A stretch of 64,000 bases of DNA, taken from Lytechinus pictus (taxonomy: Eukaryota). The DNA lies in the NCBI RefSeq assembly GCF_037042905.1, contig NC_087250.1:23066001-23130000 (forward strand), given 5' to 3'. The notes beneath the pieces are model-generated. The model was not told the DNA's origin, did not search any database, and saw only the letters and a program-made list of their open reading frames with translations. This document shows positions 14,565 to 26,935 of this stretch, piece by piece (within the stretch, counting starts at the first letter, position 1; each line of letters opens with the position of its first letter). The translations under genes were made by a program, and so were the position numbers.

Positions 14565-14653
14565 AATGTCAAGAGGCGGGCGGATACGAGCTTTCCAACG
14601 GCCGATGCTACCGACTGATTGATAACGAAGGTTCATTCGAAGAACAATGTAGA
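14565..14653 (+). CDS. C-type lectin domain 2, exon a
   Basis: attcag| acceptor, |gtaagt donor; (E)CQEAGGYELSNGRCYRLIDNEGSFEEQCR; phase 1->0. Confidence 0.88.
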
Positions 14654-15436
14654 GTAAGTATTGTTTCTGACATGCCATTTTTAAGTAGTAGTTTGTTAAC
14701 ATTATATTTTCTTGGAATTTTTCTTATATTTGAATTTATTTGTGTCAACACCGCTCGCTATGTATTTAGTTCGCAAGACCCCATATTTTACCATTGTTGT
14801 CAGTTTCTTGGACCCCCACTTCAAGGTTTCGTGAGGCACACCCCCATCAAAATGAAAGCTTGAGTCCCCCCCCCCCACCCGACCTCTAATTGGTTTGATT
14901 TTGAATGACTCCTGTTTAAAAGCACAGCACACACTATCCGATCCGATTCTACACAGTTTTTTTAAGTCATCACATTTTGCATGAAATATGAAAGTTCCAA
15001 GAAGTATACTGCCCAACTTTGGCAAAAGGAAGCAAGTGACACATCAGTCAAATTTGAATTATTTAAGTTTCTGAAACACCCTTTGCATGTTGTACGTTCA
15101 GGCAAAATTTGGGAAGAAATGATCGTTCTATGGAAAGATATTGAAGAATATATGCTGTTGAATTGCATTGATGTCTATGTAAATGACGAACACACATTGC
15201 TCATTTACAACAAATTATACATTTGTAAATTGCTTCCTTTTGATAAAGTACGGCAGTATAATAATTTCATTTGAAGTTCTGCATAATGTTAGAAATGATA
15301 AAAACATGATTTTACTTAAAATTTTACTAAGTCTAGATTATTGCCTTCAAGTTGCAGTAGATGATGATGTCATTACAATTTGGAATTTGCTTTTATCCCA
15401 ACAGGGAGGTTCACATTTGACTGAATTTCAATTTAA

Positions 15437-16031
15437 AGGACAAGTCCACCCCAACAAAAACTTGATTTGAATAAAAAGAGAAAAATTCAACAAGCATAAC
15501 ACTGAAAATTTCATCAAAATCGGATGTAAAATAAGAAGTTATGGCATTTTAAAGTTTCGCTTCATTTCACAAACAGTTATATGCACATGTTGGTCGGTAT
15601 GCAAATGAGGAACTGATGACATCACTCACTATTTCTTTTGTATTTTATGATATGAAATATTTTTATTTTCTCGTCATTGTCATGTGAAATGAAGTTTCAT
15701 TCCTCCCTGAACACGTGGAATTCCGTTATTTTAACATTTTGTGCTTCAGGCAAGGAGGTCCTAATCGTCAAATTCGTAAAAATTGAAATATTGTATAATT
15801 CAAACAATAAAAAACAAAAGAAATAGTGAGTGAGTGACATCATCGATTATCTCATTTGGATGTAACTGGCTCGTTCATATACATTAACTATTTTGTTGAA
15901 AATAAGCGAAACTTTGAAATGGTCATAACTTTTTTATTTTATATCCGATTTTGATGAAATTTTCAGCATTGTGCTTGTCTGATTTTTCTCTTTTGATTCA
16001 AATCAACATTTTTCTGAGGTGGACTTGACCT
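15437..16031. mobile_element. ~600-bp TTAA-inserting MITE (Kolobok-like)
   Basis: ttaa|AGGACAAGTCCACC...GGTGGACTTGACCT; long imperfect TIRs; family repeated across the window. Confidence 0.75.
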
Positions 16032-16670
16032 TTGAGTAGTCCTACCAATATTTTGAACTCTGATTGGGACAATTTTATTGGTTGAATGTTATAGAATGTT
16101 ATTACAATTATTTCTTTGATTGCAACGGATCGTATATTGTACGCTGGGCTTTAAGCAGTTCATGCATACAACATAGCTTTTTATTTGGCATAAAAACTTT
16201 AGATGGGATTAAAAAAAAAAAAAAAATTCTTAATGCACTTCAATGCAATTTTTTATTCAATCCAATAAAAATCAATACAGAGCATAGAATACAGTAATAA
16301 GAAATACAATATTTAATAATAAGGCGAGAAAATGTACGGTACATGTAAAACAAGTATTAAACAGATGCTACTGACAATAAAAAGATAGAATATTGGAATT
16401 GGGTGGTCGTAAAAACCTATCAAGGTTTGTCGAGATAACCACCCTTATAAAATAAAATAAGCCGCATTGAAATTACAAATTTAGTAAAATGCTAATTTAA
16501 AATTAAATTCAATAATTGAAATCATTTGATAACACATGTACAATTAATGCTATAAACATATATAAGTTAAAACGCGTTTAACCCAACAAACCAAACACAT
16601 AAACACACAAGGTCAGTAAAAATCCTTGCTTACTTTATCCTCACTTGATGATTTCATTTTCATTTTGAAG

Positions 16671-16840
16671 AGTTGTCATCGATTGAATGGCCAGCTTGCA
16701 CCAGCTTTAGATGAAAAACAGAACGCAGCTCTGACGAACTTTTTCCTGAGCAAGCTATCAGGCGGCGACATCTTCGAAGCTTGGATCGGCATGCACAACA
16801 TGGTTGATGAGAACAGTCTCCAGAGCGTCGATCTCCGCTC
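16671..16840 (+). CDS. C-type lectin domain 2, exon b
   Basis: ttttgaag| acceptor, |gtaggt donor; SCHRLNGQLAPALDEKQNAALTNFFLSKLSGGDIFEAWIGMHNMVDENSLQSVDLR (WIG motif); phase 0->2. Confidence 0.9.
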
Positions 16841-17217
16841 GTAGGTTTAATTTCCTTTCCTAATTTCAAAGCGTTTTCAGCCGTATGAAAACGTAATCCT
16901 TTGTTAAGATGAATTTTTGTAGATTCCGTAATGTTCTCTTGAATATAAGAAAAGATAAAACTGTAGAGAAAAGACTGAAAGTCCAAAAAATAAAGGTAAA
17001 AAGATAAAACTCAATGAATATAGAGGCTTGTAGGAAATAGTAGCACACAAAATGAACATGTAGTTAGTAACGGGGATGCTTCACACACAGTTATATATGA
17101 GTAGTAGAACTTTTAACCTGAAGAGGAGGATGAATAAGATTGTATGTTTCTATTAATTGTAGCTTTAATCCCACCTTTATTCCAAAAATGAAATGAATAT
17201 GATATTTTTTTTTCTAG

Positions 17218-17342
17218 TTCCTCATTCACTGCTTATGCTCCATCTGCGGATTCAGCGAGTGGCAGGTGCGTTACCGTCGGAAGAGAAGGATGGGGGAAGA
17301 AGTGTTGTTTTGATCGACTTAGAGCTGTGTGCGAACTGAACC
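17218..17342 (+). CDS. C-type lectin domain 2, exon c
   Basis: tttctag| acceptor, |gtgagt donor; SSFTAYAPSADSASGRCVTVGREGWGKKCCFDRLRAVCELN; phase 2->1. Confidence 0.88.
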
Positions 17343-18295
17343 GTGAGTAAACATGTACCCTAATGGAAAGAACACAGTATGTGCCACAGTTAGTGTGAAA
17401 TTGCATTCACACTGTTGAATTTGAACATTTCAACAGTGTGAATCACATGTTCACATAGGTACCCATATGAACACGCTTTGAAGAGTTACACTGTCGTGGT
17501 GTCCACAGTGTGAAAATATCTTCACACTGTTGAATTTGTGCATTTTAACAGTGTGAATGATATTTTCACATAGTCTACTGTGTGAATACACTGTCAGGGT
17601 AGCTTCAATGATTACCATATTATCTTACACAAAGATACAACCAGGGGAAGATTCTCCTGGGGAAGGGCGCCCTTCAGCGTTGAGTAAGAAAACCATCGCA
17701 CATCGGCACGCAGCTGTGTATAAAACATATGGGGGAAATGAGAGAGGGCTCACGGGTGGTGCATTGTAATTTTCCACCTTTTATTACCCAGAAACCTCTG
17801 AAATATATTCATCTTTAATTTAAGAAAAAAATTGAATGAAAAAAATTGTAACATGTAAAAATCGTCTATTCCTTCACCCCTTCACCATTTCTCTCATATG
17901 TTTTGTACACAACCATCTCGCGATACGCAAAGGTAAAAAAAGGTTGTTACTTACATGTAACTATGTGGGGCACTCTTCCCGAGTGTTTCATTGCGCGGTT
18001 AATGTACTGTCCGATATTCCCCTTGTAGTATCTTACGCTGTTAAAAATAAAACAGAAGATTTTACAGGTTACAGAATCATTCTGTAAATTCTTATTACAG
18101 GGAATTTTCCGCAATTTATCACTACAGGTGCCCTTTTTTTAAAAAGGAAAACAAAAGTTTTATTGCATAAAATTTATAATGAAGCTTAGAAACATTCTAT
18201 TGAGTACTATATGTAATTGTTTTATATAATTACAATTATTTTGTGTGTTGTTGGTGTTAGTATTATTATTGAATTTCTCTTTTTTTTTTTTCAAG

Positions 18296-18387
18296 TTTGC
18301 GACAAGGGCTATGTCCAGGTCGGGAACAACTGTTACAGGGTAGTCGGATCGACTAATGGAGGAAGTACCTGGGAGGATAATTGTCGC
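18296..18387 (+). CDS. C-type lectin domain 3, exon a
   Basis: poly-T caag| acceptor, |gtgagt donor; (L)CDKGYVQVGNNCYRVVGSTNGGSTWEDNCR; phase 1->0. Confidence 0.88.
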
Positions 18388-18775
18388 GTGAGTGAACTTT
18401 GTTTTCTGATCCACAGCTTATTACACACTCCAACCAAAATCAATTGAAACAATTATGTTTGGAAATTCGATTATCATCTTTGCTCGTTCTTCACAGTCAT
18501 TCTTCAACAAATCTGAATATATTCTAATTCATCCCCAGAAAAAATAAATTTGCAGTTGCTGTCATTATTATTTCATATTTTTATCATTATCATTATCATC
18601 ACCATCATCATCATCATCATAATCATCATCATTATTATTAATATCATTATAATTATTAGCATCATCATCATTATCATAATTTTTATATTACTATTAATAT
18701 AATTATCTTTATTATTATCATCTTTATCATTGTTTTCATTAATCATTATCATTATAATCATCATCCAAATTGACC

Positions 18776-19005
18776 GGGCATGTTGCCTCAGTGGTAGAGC
18801 GTCCGTCTCATGAACGGGAGGTCATGGGTTTGATCCCCGGCCGAGTCATTCCAAAGACTTATAAAAATGGGACCTTCTGCCTTCTTGTCAGGCACTCAGC
18901 ATTTAGACTGGAGAAGGGTAATAATAACATATTATGTTATGCAGGGCCCGCTGGAAGAGCAGTCTTATGATTGAAGTGGCTACCCTGGGTAAATAAAACA
19001 TTATT
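18776..19005 (+). mobile_element. tRNA-derived SINE
   Basis: tRNA-like head (gcctcagtggtagagcg...ggtttgatcccc) and AATAAA/(ATT)n tail. Confidence 0.7.
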
Positions 19006-19055
19006 ATTATCATCATTACCATAATTTTCTTTAACTATTCACCATCAATGAATAG

Positions 19056-19228
19056 ACATGTCACAGGGATGGGGCTAGCTTGGTGTCCTTCTCCCAGGCG
19101 AGTGATGTAGGTGACTTCCTCGGGTACTTAGGTGGCCTTGCCGGTGATTACGTCGGTGGCAGTGATTTGTGGATCGGATGTCATGACCAGGCCACCGAGG
19201 GTGCATTCCAGACGAGCAGTCTTCAGGA
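19056..19228 (+). CDS. C-type lectin domain 3, exon b
   Basis: aatag| acceptor, |gtgagt donor; TCHRDGASLVSFSQASDVGDFLGYLGGLAGDYVGGSDLWIGCHDQATEGAFQTSSLQ (WIG motif); phase 0->2. Confidence 0.9.
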
Positions 19229-20273
19229 GTGAGTATTCAAATTCAATTTCACTTTATTCACATCCATTAAAACGGTACAACACATACAATAATTACATAA
19301 ACAATGATAAAATCAATTGATCAATACATTTAAAAATCAATATAATGACAAAAGAAAAGGGTAAAACCAAAATGCAGTGGATGTAGGGGATTGGCAAAGG
19401 CCAAAGACCTGCCGAGGCCTATTCCCCTTAGTTCTGCGCAATGGTTAAAAACAAAATTATACAAAATAACAGTAATTGAACAGTCAAATGTACAGCAAAA
19501 AAAAACATTAACATAAACAAACACAAGAAAAAAAAATAAGAAAAAAAAACCCAAAAAAGAAGAAAAAAACTAAACTGAACCAAAAAAAGCATACTCCATT
19601 TTATTTAGAAGTTGATTGAAAATTGGCAAGATATGATTTATATTTATGTTTAAAAGTCAATAGTGAGGGGCAAGTTTTAATTGCTGATGGCAAACCATTC
19701 TAGAAAACAGGGCTTTCATATCTAATAACAGTTCTAGAAAAATTATATATATTTTGGGGGATAAAAATCATTAATATTTTTTGTTGAATACGTATTTACA
19801 TTACTATTAAGAGTAAAAAATTCGTTAAAAATATCTGGTAAAGTCCCTTTGGTATTGATGTCATTGACTTGTGCAGCACAATGTGCGCTTTGCGATCCGA
19901 TGTGACATAATTTTTTAATATATCGTATTTTGCGTTAAATGCGAAAGTTCCTGGAAGTGAACTTATTTTATTTGAAGTTCGGCATTATGTTAGGAATGAT
20001 ATAATCATAATTTTGCTTTGCGGCAAGCCATGTGGTCGGAGCTTGGCTTGAAGACGCAGCCGACGATGATATCATTACAATTCGGATTTGAATTTGCTTT
20101 CATTATTACAGGGATTCTAAAACTAGACTCGAACTAGAAATAGTCTTACCACTATTCTGAACTCTGATTGCTAAGATTTTATTGGCTGGAGCATTCATAT
20201 CAAATGTTATCACAATTTCTTTGAAATTTGGATCTCAACGAATTGCATAGTGTGCACCGGGCTTAGGAGAACA

Positions 20274-20537
20274 GGGCCCCTTCTTACATAGAGTTACAAG
20301 TGATCCAATCAATCGTAACTCTATGGAAATCCACCAGGGTCATAATTTTTTCTACAGGATATTTGTACAATGTCCTTTGTAAGCAAAGAGAAGCACTGTG
20401 AATTTTCAAGAAAACAATGAATGCATGAATATTACATCGTAGCTAGAAAATATTTTGAACAAATAGATGTTGACGTTGCTGGCCGTCCATAGTTGCGATT
20501 GATCGGATCAATCGCTATTCTTTGTAAGACGGGGCCC
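20274..20537. mobile_element. Short MITE (GGGCCCC TIR)
   Basis: gggccccttcttacatagag...ctttgtaagacggggccc; a related copy at ~26149-27033 is interrupted by a TTAA MITE. Confidence 0.65.
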
Positions 20538-21380
20538 TGGAGTTGAGATGGAGGGAATTGGGACCATGACTCCCTCCTCCTCCTCAAAGAAAAAATTCAT
20601 GATCAAGAAAAAAGAAAAAAAGGGATAGGAAAAAGATGGATATTATGTGAAAATCTATACACAAAGAACGTTTTGTATTGAAAATGTCAGATTTTTGCGC
20701 AAGGCCCGTAGTCTTCATGATTATATGAAGTGTTTTGTTTGATAAAGAGTAAAATAAATGTAGACAGAGTAGAAATAGACCATCTGTACATTTGACTTAT
20801 TAGAAAGTTCAGGCATATACTACAGAGCTGCTCTCTAGATACAATCCACCAATTCCTTTGAAAATGTAATTAAAATCACAATGGAGAGCTGAGAGGCATT
20901 TGTCGGAAGTTGGATGGACCGGGACGGCAGATCATCTAAAGATGTGCACCGGACAAACAATGGCAAGTATATCGTCCAATGTTAAGAGATTCCGCTGATG
21001 TTCTGGTCCACCAACTTTCGACAAAAGCTGCGAAGCTCTCCTTTGCGATTTGACTTGCGTTTTCCAAGGAATTGGTGCATTGTAGAAAGCTGCTCCGTAG
21101 TAAATGCGAAAGCTCTATTAGCAATTAGAACATGCAAGTGGTGTGTTTATATAAAACCAAATAGAAACAAAGTAGAGGCCAAATAGATTACTGATATGTT
21201 GAAGACTGTTATTTATTTCTGAGTTTGAACCAATGTCAGATTCCATAAAACAGTATCACAAACAAAATGAACATATTGTCAACACACTGTGTACACTGAA
21301 TCACACTGTTACCACACGCTTTATACACTGAAGACACTGTCTAGACTCTTTCAATACTCTGAACTCACTGTAAACACAGA

Positions 21381-21640
21381 TTCAATACACTGGACACACT
21401 GAACACACTTTCAATACACTGGACACACTGAACACACTTTCAATACACTCGACACACTGAACACACTTTCAATACACTTGACACACTGAACACACTTTCA
21501 ATACACTCGACACACTGAACACACTTTCAATACACTGGACACACTGAACACACTTTCAATACACTCGACACACTGAACACACTTTCAATACACTCGACAC
21601 ACTGAACACACTTTCAATACACTCGACACACTTTCAACAC
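21381..21640. repeat. 29-bp minisatellite (~9 copies)
   Basis: Unit ttcaatacact(g/c)gacacactgaacacact. Confidence 0.9.
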
Positions 21641-21706
21641 ACTGTGAACACACTGTCCTTTCAACCAGAGATTTCATGTGTGTGAATAATTCTCTTTATT
21701 TCTTAG

Positions 21707-21848
21707 ATTCTTGTTCTTTGGTGGGGTGTCAAGGCCATCTAGCAACGCAGACGGGGAGGATTGCTGTGCCCTTAATGAGCATGGCGTGTCCGCTCAGTGC
21801 TGCTATTCTTGCCTTAGAGGAGTGTGCTCCAAACCACTCAATAAGTAA
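21707..21848 (+). CDS. C-type lectin domain 3, exon c (last coding exon, TAA stop)
   Basis: tttcttag| acceptor; FLFFGGVSRPSSNADGEDCCALNEHGVSAQCCYSCLRGVCSKPLNK*; exon continues to a strong donor AG|GTAAGT at 21863/21864. Confidence 0.85.
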
Positions 21849-22670
21849 TGGAATGGTGAATAGGTAAGTTGTCATACTTAATTCAAGTTAGCAGAATGTA
21901 TGGAAGATACAATTTCTGGGTTGTACCTCGTGAATAAGAACGCATACTCAATCTGAAAAAATAAGTCAGAAAAATCCAGAAACCAACAGGATTTGAGTCT
22001 TTTTTTTAATTGGTTGGCCCATATGGCCTTTTACTTGCATCCAAGATCAAAACATACATGTAACATGATAAACAATATTGGAAAATAATATGAAGAGGTA
22101 TTAAAAAGGGAGTAAAGGGATGCTCTGGGCTAAAAATATTTGTATCTTAATGAATAGAGTAAAATTCACAGAGCAAAATGCTGAAAATTTCATCAAAATC
22201 GGATAAGAAGTAGCAAAAATATTTAGCAATATATTGTGAAAACAGTTATATGCACGTGGTCATGAACATTCATTAGATGGACTGATGTCACATCCCCACT
22301 TTCCTTTTTCTTATGTTATTACGTGAAATCATAATTGTTTCATTTTTTCATACATGTTTGAATAAAACGTCTCCCTTATAGTGAAATAAGTTGCAGCAAT
22401 AGTGTCTAATAATAATCAGTTGTTATTCCAATATTCTTGGCTCTTAAAGGAAAAAAAAATGAATAAACCTAATTTTGTATAATAAAATACAACAGAATAA
22501 GTGGGGATATGACATCATCAGTTTGCCCAAGCAGGGGAATGAGATTGCATTTTTTAAAATTTGTTTATTCATTTTCCCATTGACCTCGGGCCATACAAAT
22601 CCTACCAAATAAGTAATATTGATGACAACTTTATTTATGCGGTCTTAAATATTTTGTTTTCTTCTTTCAG

Positions 22671-23040
22671 CTGGCATTTGACACGACTGACTACTGGTGT
22701 GCAGGCCTATTCTACTTAACTTTTCTATGGACTCTCATCTTCCTTCATTTTCAAAAACCACAATCGATCTGACCGTTATTGACTCAGAGTTCAGCCATCT
22801 GACCTGCTATATGTGACCTTTGACCTCAAAGGGTCAACTCGTAATTCAAATTCTTTGATCGCAAGTGATAATGACATCCATGCCTGGATCTTGTCCGTTG
22901 GACGGTCTTGTATTACTTAGGAGTATCATAATAATGGTGAAGATAATGATTATTCTATTCAGTATTTTGTGCAAACATCAAGTTTCTCTAAGATTGTATT
23001 AGATTAACTGGGTATAGTGCAATAGTGGAAATAAAATAAG
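22671..23040 (+). other. Probable non-coding 3'-UTR exon of the Sushi/CTL gene
   Basis: Strong acceptor ttttgttttcttctttcag|ctgg at 22670/22671; first AATAAA near 23030 (others near 23926 and 24835); the end is uncertain. Confidence 0.55.
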
Positions 23041-26000
23041 TATTATCAAGTCTGTTTTAACTGAAATGCATTCTCTTTGTGTGTAGTAGTCTTAACTGTC
23101 ATTTCTGAAGCCTGTTTAAGCATATTTACTACAGTGCAATGTCTTGACTGTAAAATCATTCCATAGCATTTTCCACTTTCTTGAATATTTATGGTAGAAT
23201 ATGCTTTTATTTCACCATGTCTACATTCCTCCTATAATTGAATTCAGTCCAGTTAATCATGCAAGTTGCAAACTATTACATTGGTCGACCCTTCTTTTTT
23301 TTTAATTAAAGCTAATGTGTGTCAGGGTCGGATGTGGGACTTATTAAAATGTTGCCCCCCCCCCCCCCAGATCCATTCCCAATCATAAGTTCGTATTGAT
23401 GACACCTGTCTCAGTATGAACGAGATGGTCAAACTCCTTATGAAGTTGAATAAAACATGAAATTGGGGCATCCCATATACTTTCATTACGATAATCATCA
23501 TTATTATGATAACCATCACTGTGATAATCGTCAGTATTCCTGATGTTTATTGTCTTCCCCAGCGAGGGCGATATTCCATCCTGGTAGTAATATTTACTTC
23601 AGATTTACAAAATATCTCGCCAGTTGAGCGACACAAAATCGTAAAGGAAGAAACTATAGGCATAAATGATAATTTTATTTGAATCCAAAACTATATGTAT
23701 CATTTTACATGGAACGTAAAGAAAATGTGTTTTCTTAATAGCAGGCCCTCAATGTAAAGAAATTTGTGTTCTTTTATTCTACAACTATTCTGTAATTCTG
23801 CCTATTTTTTCCTGTGCATGGTCAGCTCAATGTGTCTACTAGTGGGAGTTTCAATCCGTTCTTTTGTGTATAATACTTTCGTCCGCATTTAAAGTTGATA
23901 CAAGACAGGGTCTTCATTCTCTGTGTAATAAAAACAAAATTGTCCTTTCCTTTATTTTCAGTGATTGAAACATTGCTCCCACTAATCAAATGTCAAGCAT
24001 GAATACATTGGTCCACGAGATCAACCCTAAGAAAAAAAAACCCAAAACATCAAGAGTCTGTAATGTGTGTGTTGGGAATTTAACAATCCCATTTCCGACA
24101 CTGTGTAATGTGTCCGGCTAAGTAGACATCTGATAAGGACATAACGAGGTGGTCATGATCTTAGCCATGTTGTGAATATGTCTGCCAATAGCTGACGCTA
24201 TATTATTACAGAGCCCTTTTGTTTATTGCCTCGAGCAACAGTTCCTACGTGAAATTTTCACTAGTCTTGGCTGGACCGGATTTTGTTTATTCCATTGGAG
24301 GTGTTGCTTCCATGACAAACCACAACATTTTAGCAAAAAAGGAGAAATACCGAAAATCGTACAGCTGGAACTTTGGGCAGAGAAATCGTGTTTTTACATT
24401 AAAGACATCATATCAACATTTCTCCCTTGAACATCAAGTCGATTGTTATGCTGTTAGTATGATTCAGATTTGAGGCTGTAATATTTGTCAGTGCTTAAAA
24501 AAAGTTTAACAGCTCTAAGGTCATCCTTTCACCTCAATTCAACCGTTGAATATATTATCATAATGAAGAGTTCATATATTGTTTATCCTTCGGGATCGTA
24601 CTATTCCCCTTCCATTCTTTCATTAAACATTTAAAAATACATTCATGTAGTAGTGCAACTAAGATAGTTTAGGCGAGGTATTTACCATTAAAGGTTTTAA
24701 TTCGAATCGTGAGATAATCGATATATTCATATAGTGTCTGCAAGGGTAGGGCTGTATATTTTTTTCTGCTGCGATGTCTGCTTCAAATGTCAAACCCTCA
24801 CATTTATCAATGACTTATGGCTTTATGAACGTGCAATAAACTTCAATTCTTGATGTTACAAATCATGCATTGTGACATGTCTTTTGTTATGTTAGGTGTT
24901 CCATAAAGCTGTTTTTAAGTTAAGCGCGACTTTAAGAACGACTGGTGAACCTTTTCTTACACGCTTGATAGTCACCAATGAACATGTAATTGTGAATATG
25001 ATTTACCACAAGAAAGGATCACCAGTTCTTAAAATCACTCTTACTCTAATTAACTTCTGAATGACTTTATGAAATGGCCCCTGGTATTGATATAATTTTT
25101 TTTCAATTCCTCATAAAGATAGGATGTAAAAGGAGGCAAATTGGCCCTTTAAATTGGATTTTAATAAGAGATCAATCAAACCAGCATCATGCTAAAAAAA
25201 AATTTATTGAAATCAGGGGCCCGTTGCAGAAAGAGTTGCAATCAAACGCAACTTCAAAAATCATGCGCAACTTGATTTTCAACCAATCAACAGCGTGCAT
25301 TTGGGACTTGCGATTGATATTTTGACTTGCGTTTAAACGCAACTCTTTCTGCAACGGGCCCCTGATGTCGAATAAGAACATTTTGAAATTTCAAAGTTTC
25401 AGTTATTTTTCACAAAACATTCATATGCACAAACAGGGACGTGCAAATGGGAGTTGATGATATCCCTTACGATTTTTTTTAATTTTTTATTTCATGACAT
25501 TGTAGAATATGTCAATGACATTAAAGGAGAATGAAACTCTTGGAGCAAGTTAGTTTTTGTGAAAGCAGAAAAATCAAAGAATAAGATCAACAAAAGTTTG
25601 AGTAAAATAGGACTAGCAATAGAAGAGTTATGAGCATTCGAATGTCGAGATCACTAATGCTATGGAGATCCTCCCATTGGCAACGCAACCAAGATCTATG
25701 ATATCACAGATGAACAACTCTCCCCTTTTGGACACTGAAAATATACCCCAAAACATCTCTTTTTGCTCTTTCTAATCATATGACAAACGATTCATCAATG
25801 ATATAATGTTGTGAAACTTCTGTACTTGTCCTCTCATAAAGAGAACACCTCACCTTGTGATAGATTCTATAAAAGTGAGAATATAAGTGAAATAAGTACT
25901 AAAGCAATGAGGGAGTTGTACGTGTGTGACATCACAGATCTTGGTCGCATTGCCAATTTTTTTAAATTCGTAGAAATGTGTATACGTCATAAACGTAAAA

Positions 26001-26332
26001 TAAAGATTATTGCTCTCTTTATCTTGGTATTTTGAATGTTAAAATGAATCGTAAGATCGATTATCACGTGAATCGATTCAATTGAACTTCAGAGAAAAAA
26101 GTTATCTGGCGCCCTCTGGACCTGAGGCAGTGTTCGTCCCACTGATATGGGCCCCTTTTTACAAAGAGTTACAATTTATTGATTCAATCAACCACAACTA
26201 TGGAAAGCCAGCAACATCAACATCTAAACTACATATTTGTTCCAAACATTTTCTAGATATGATGTATATTCATACATTCATTGCTTTCTTGACAATTCAG
26301 TATTGCTTCTCTTTGTTTTCAAAAGACATTAA

Positions 26333-26935
26333 AGGACAAGTCCACCCCAACAAAAAGTTTATTTGAATAAAAAGAGAAAAATCCAACAAACATTACACTG
26401 AAAATTTCATCAAAATCGGATGTAAAATAAGAAAGTTATGACATTTTAAAGTTTCGCTTGATTTCACAAAATAGTTATACGCACATCCTGGTCGGTATGC
26501 AAATGAGGAGACTGATGACATCATCCACTCACTATTTCTTTTGTATTTTATTATATGAAATATGAAATATTCTCATTTTCTCCTCATTGTCAAGTGAAAC
26601 AACAATTATTCCTCCCTGAACATGTGGAATTAGCATTGTTTAATACTATATATGGTTCAGTCAAGTTGGTCCATATTGTCAAATTTGTAAAAAATGAAAT
26701 ATTGTATATTCAAACAATAAAAAACAAAAGAAATAGTGAGTGAGGGACATCATCGACTGTTTCATTTGCATGTTACTGAGTTGTGCATATCACTGTTTTT
26801 TGAAAAATAAGCGAAACTTCAAAATGTCATAACTTTAATATTTTACATCCGATTTTGATGAAATTTTCAGTGTTATGCAAGTTTGATTTTTCTTTATTTA
26901 TTCAAATCAACATTTTCCTGTGGTGGACTTGACCT
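26333..26935. mobile_element. TTAA-inserting MITE (Kolobok-like), complete with TTAA on both sides
   Basis: ttaa|AGGACAAGTCCACC...GGTGGACTTGACCT|ttaa; further copies at ~40539-41125, ~56530-57084, ~57173-57760 and ~61845-62402. Confidence 0.8.

Noticed and set aside
21381..21640. 29-bp repeats as a CRISPR array
   Set aside because: Head-to-tail minisatellite without unique spacers; eukaryotic context, no cas genes.
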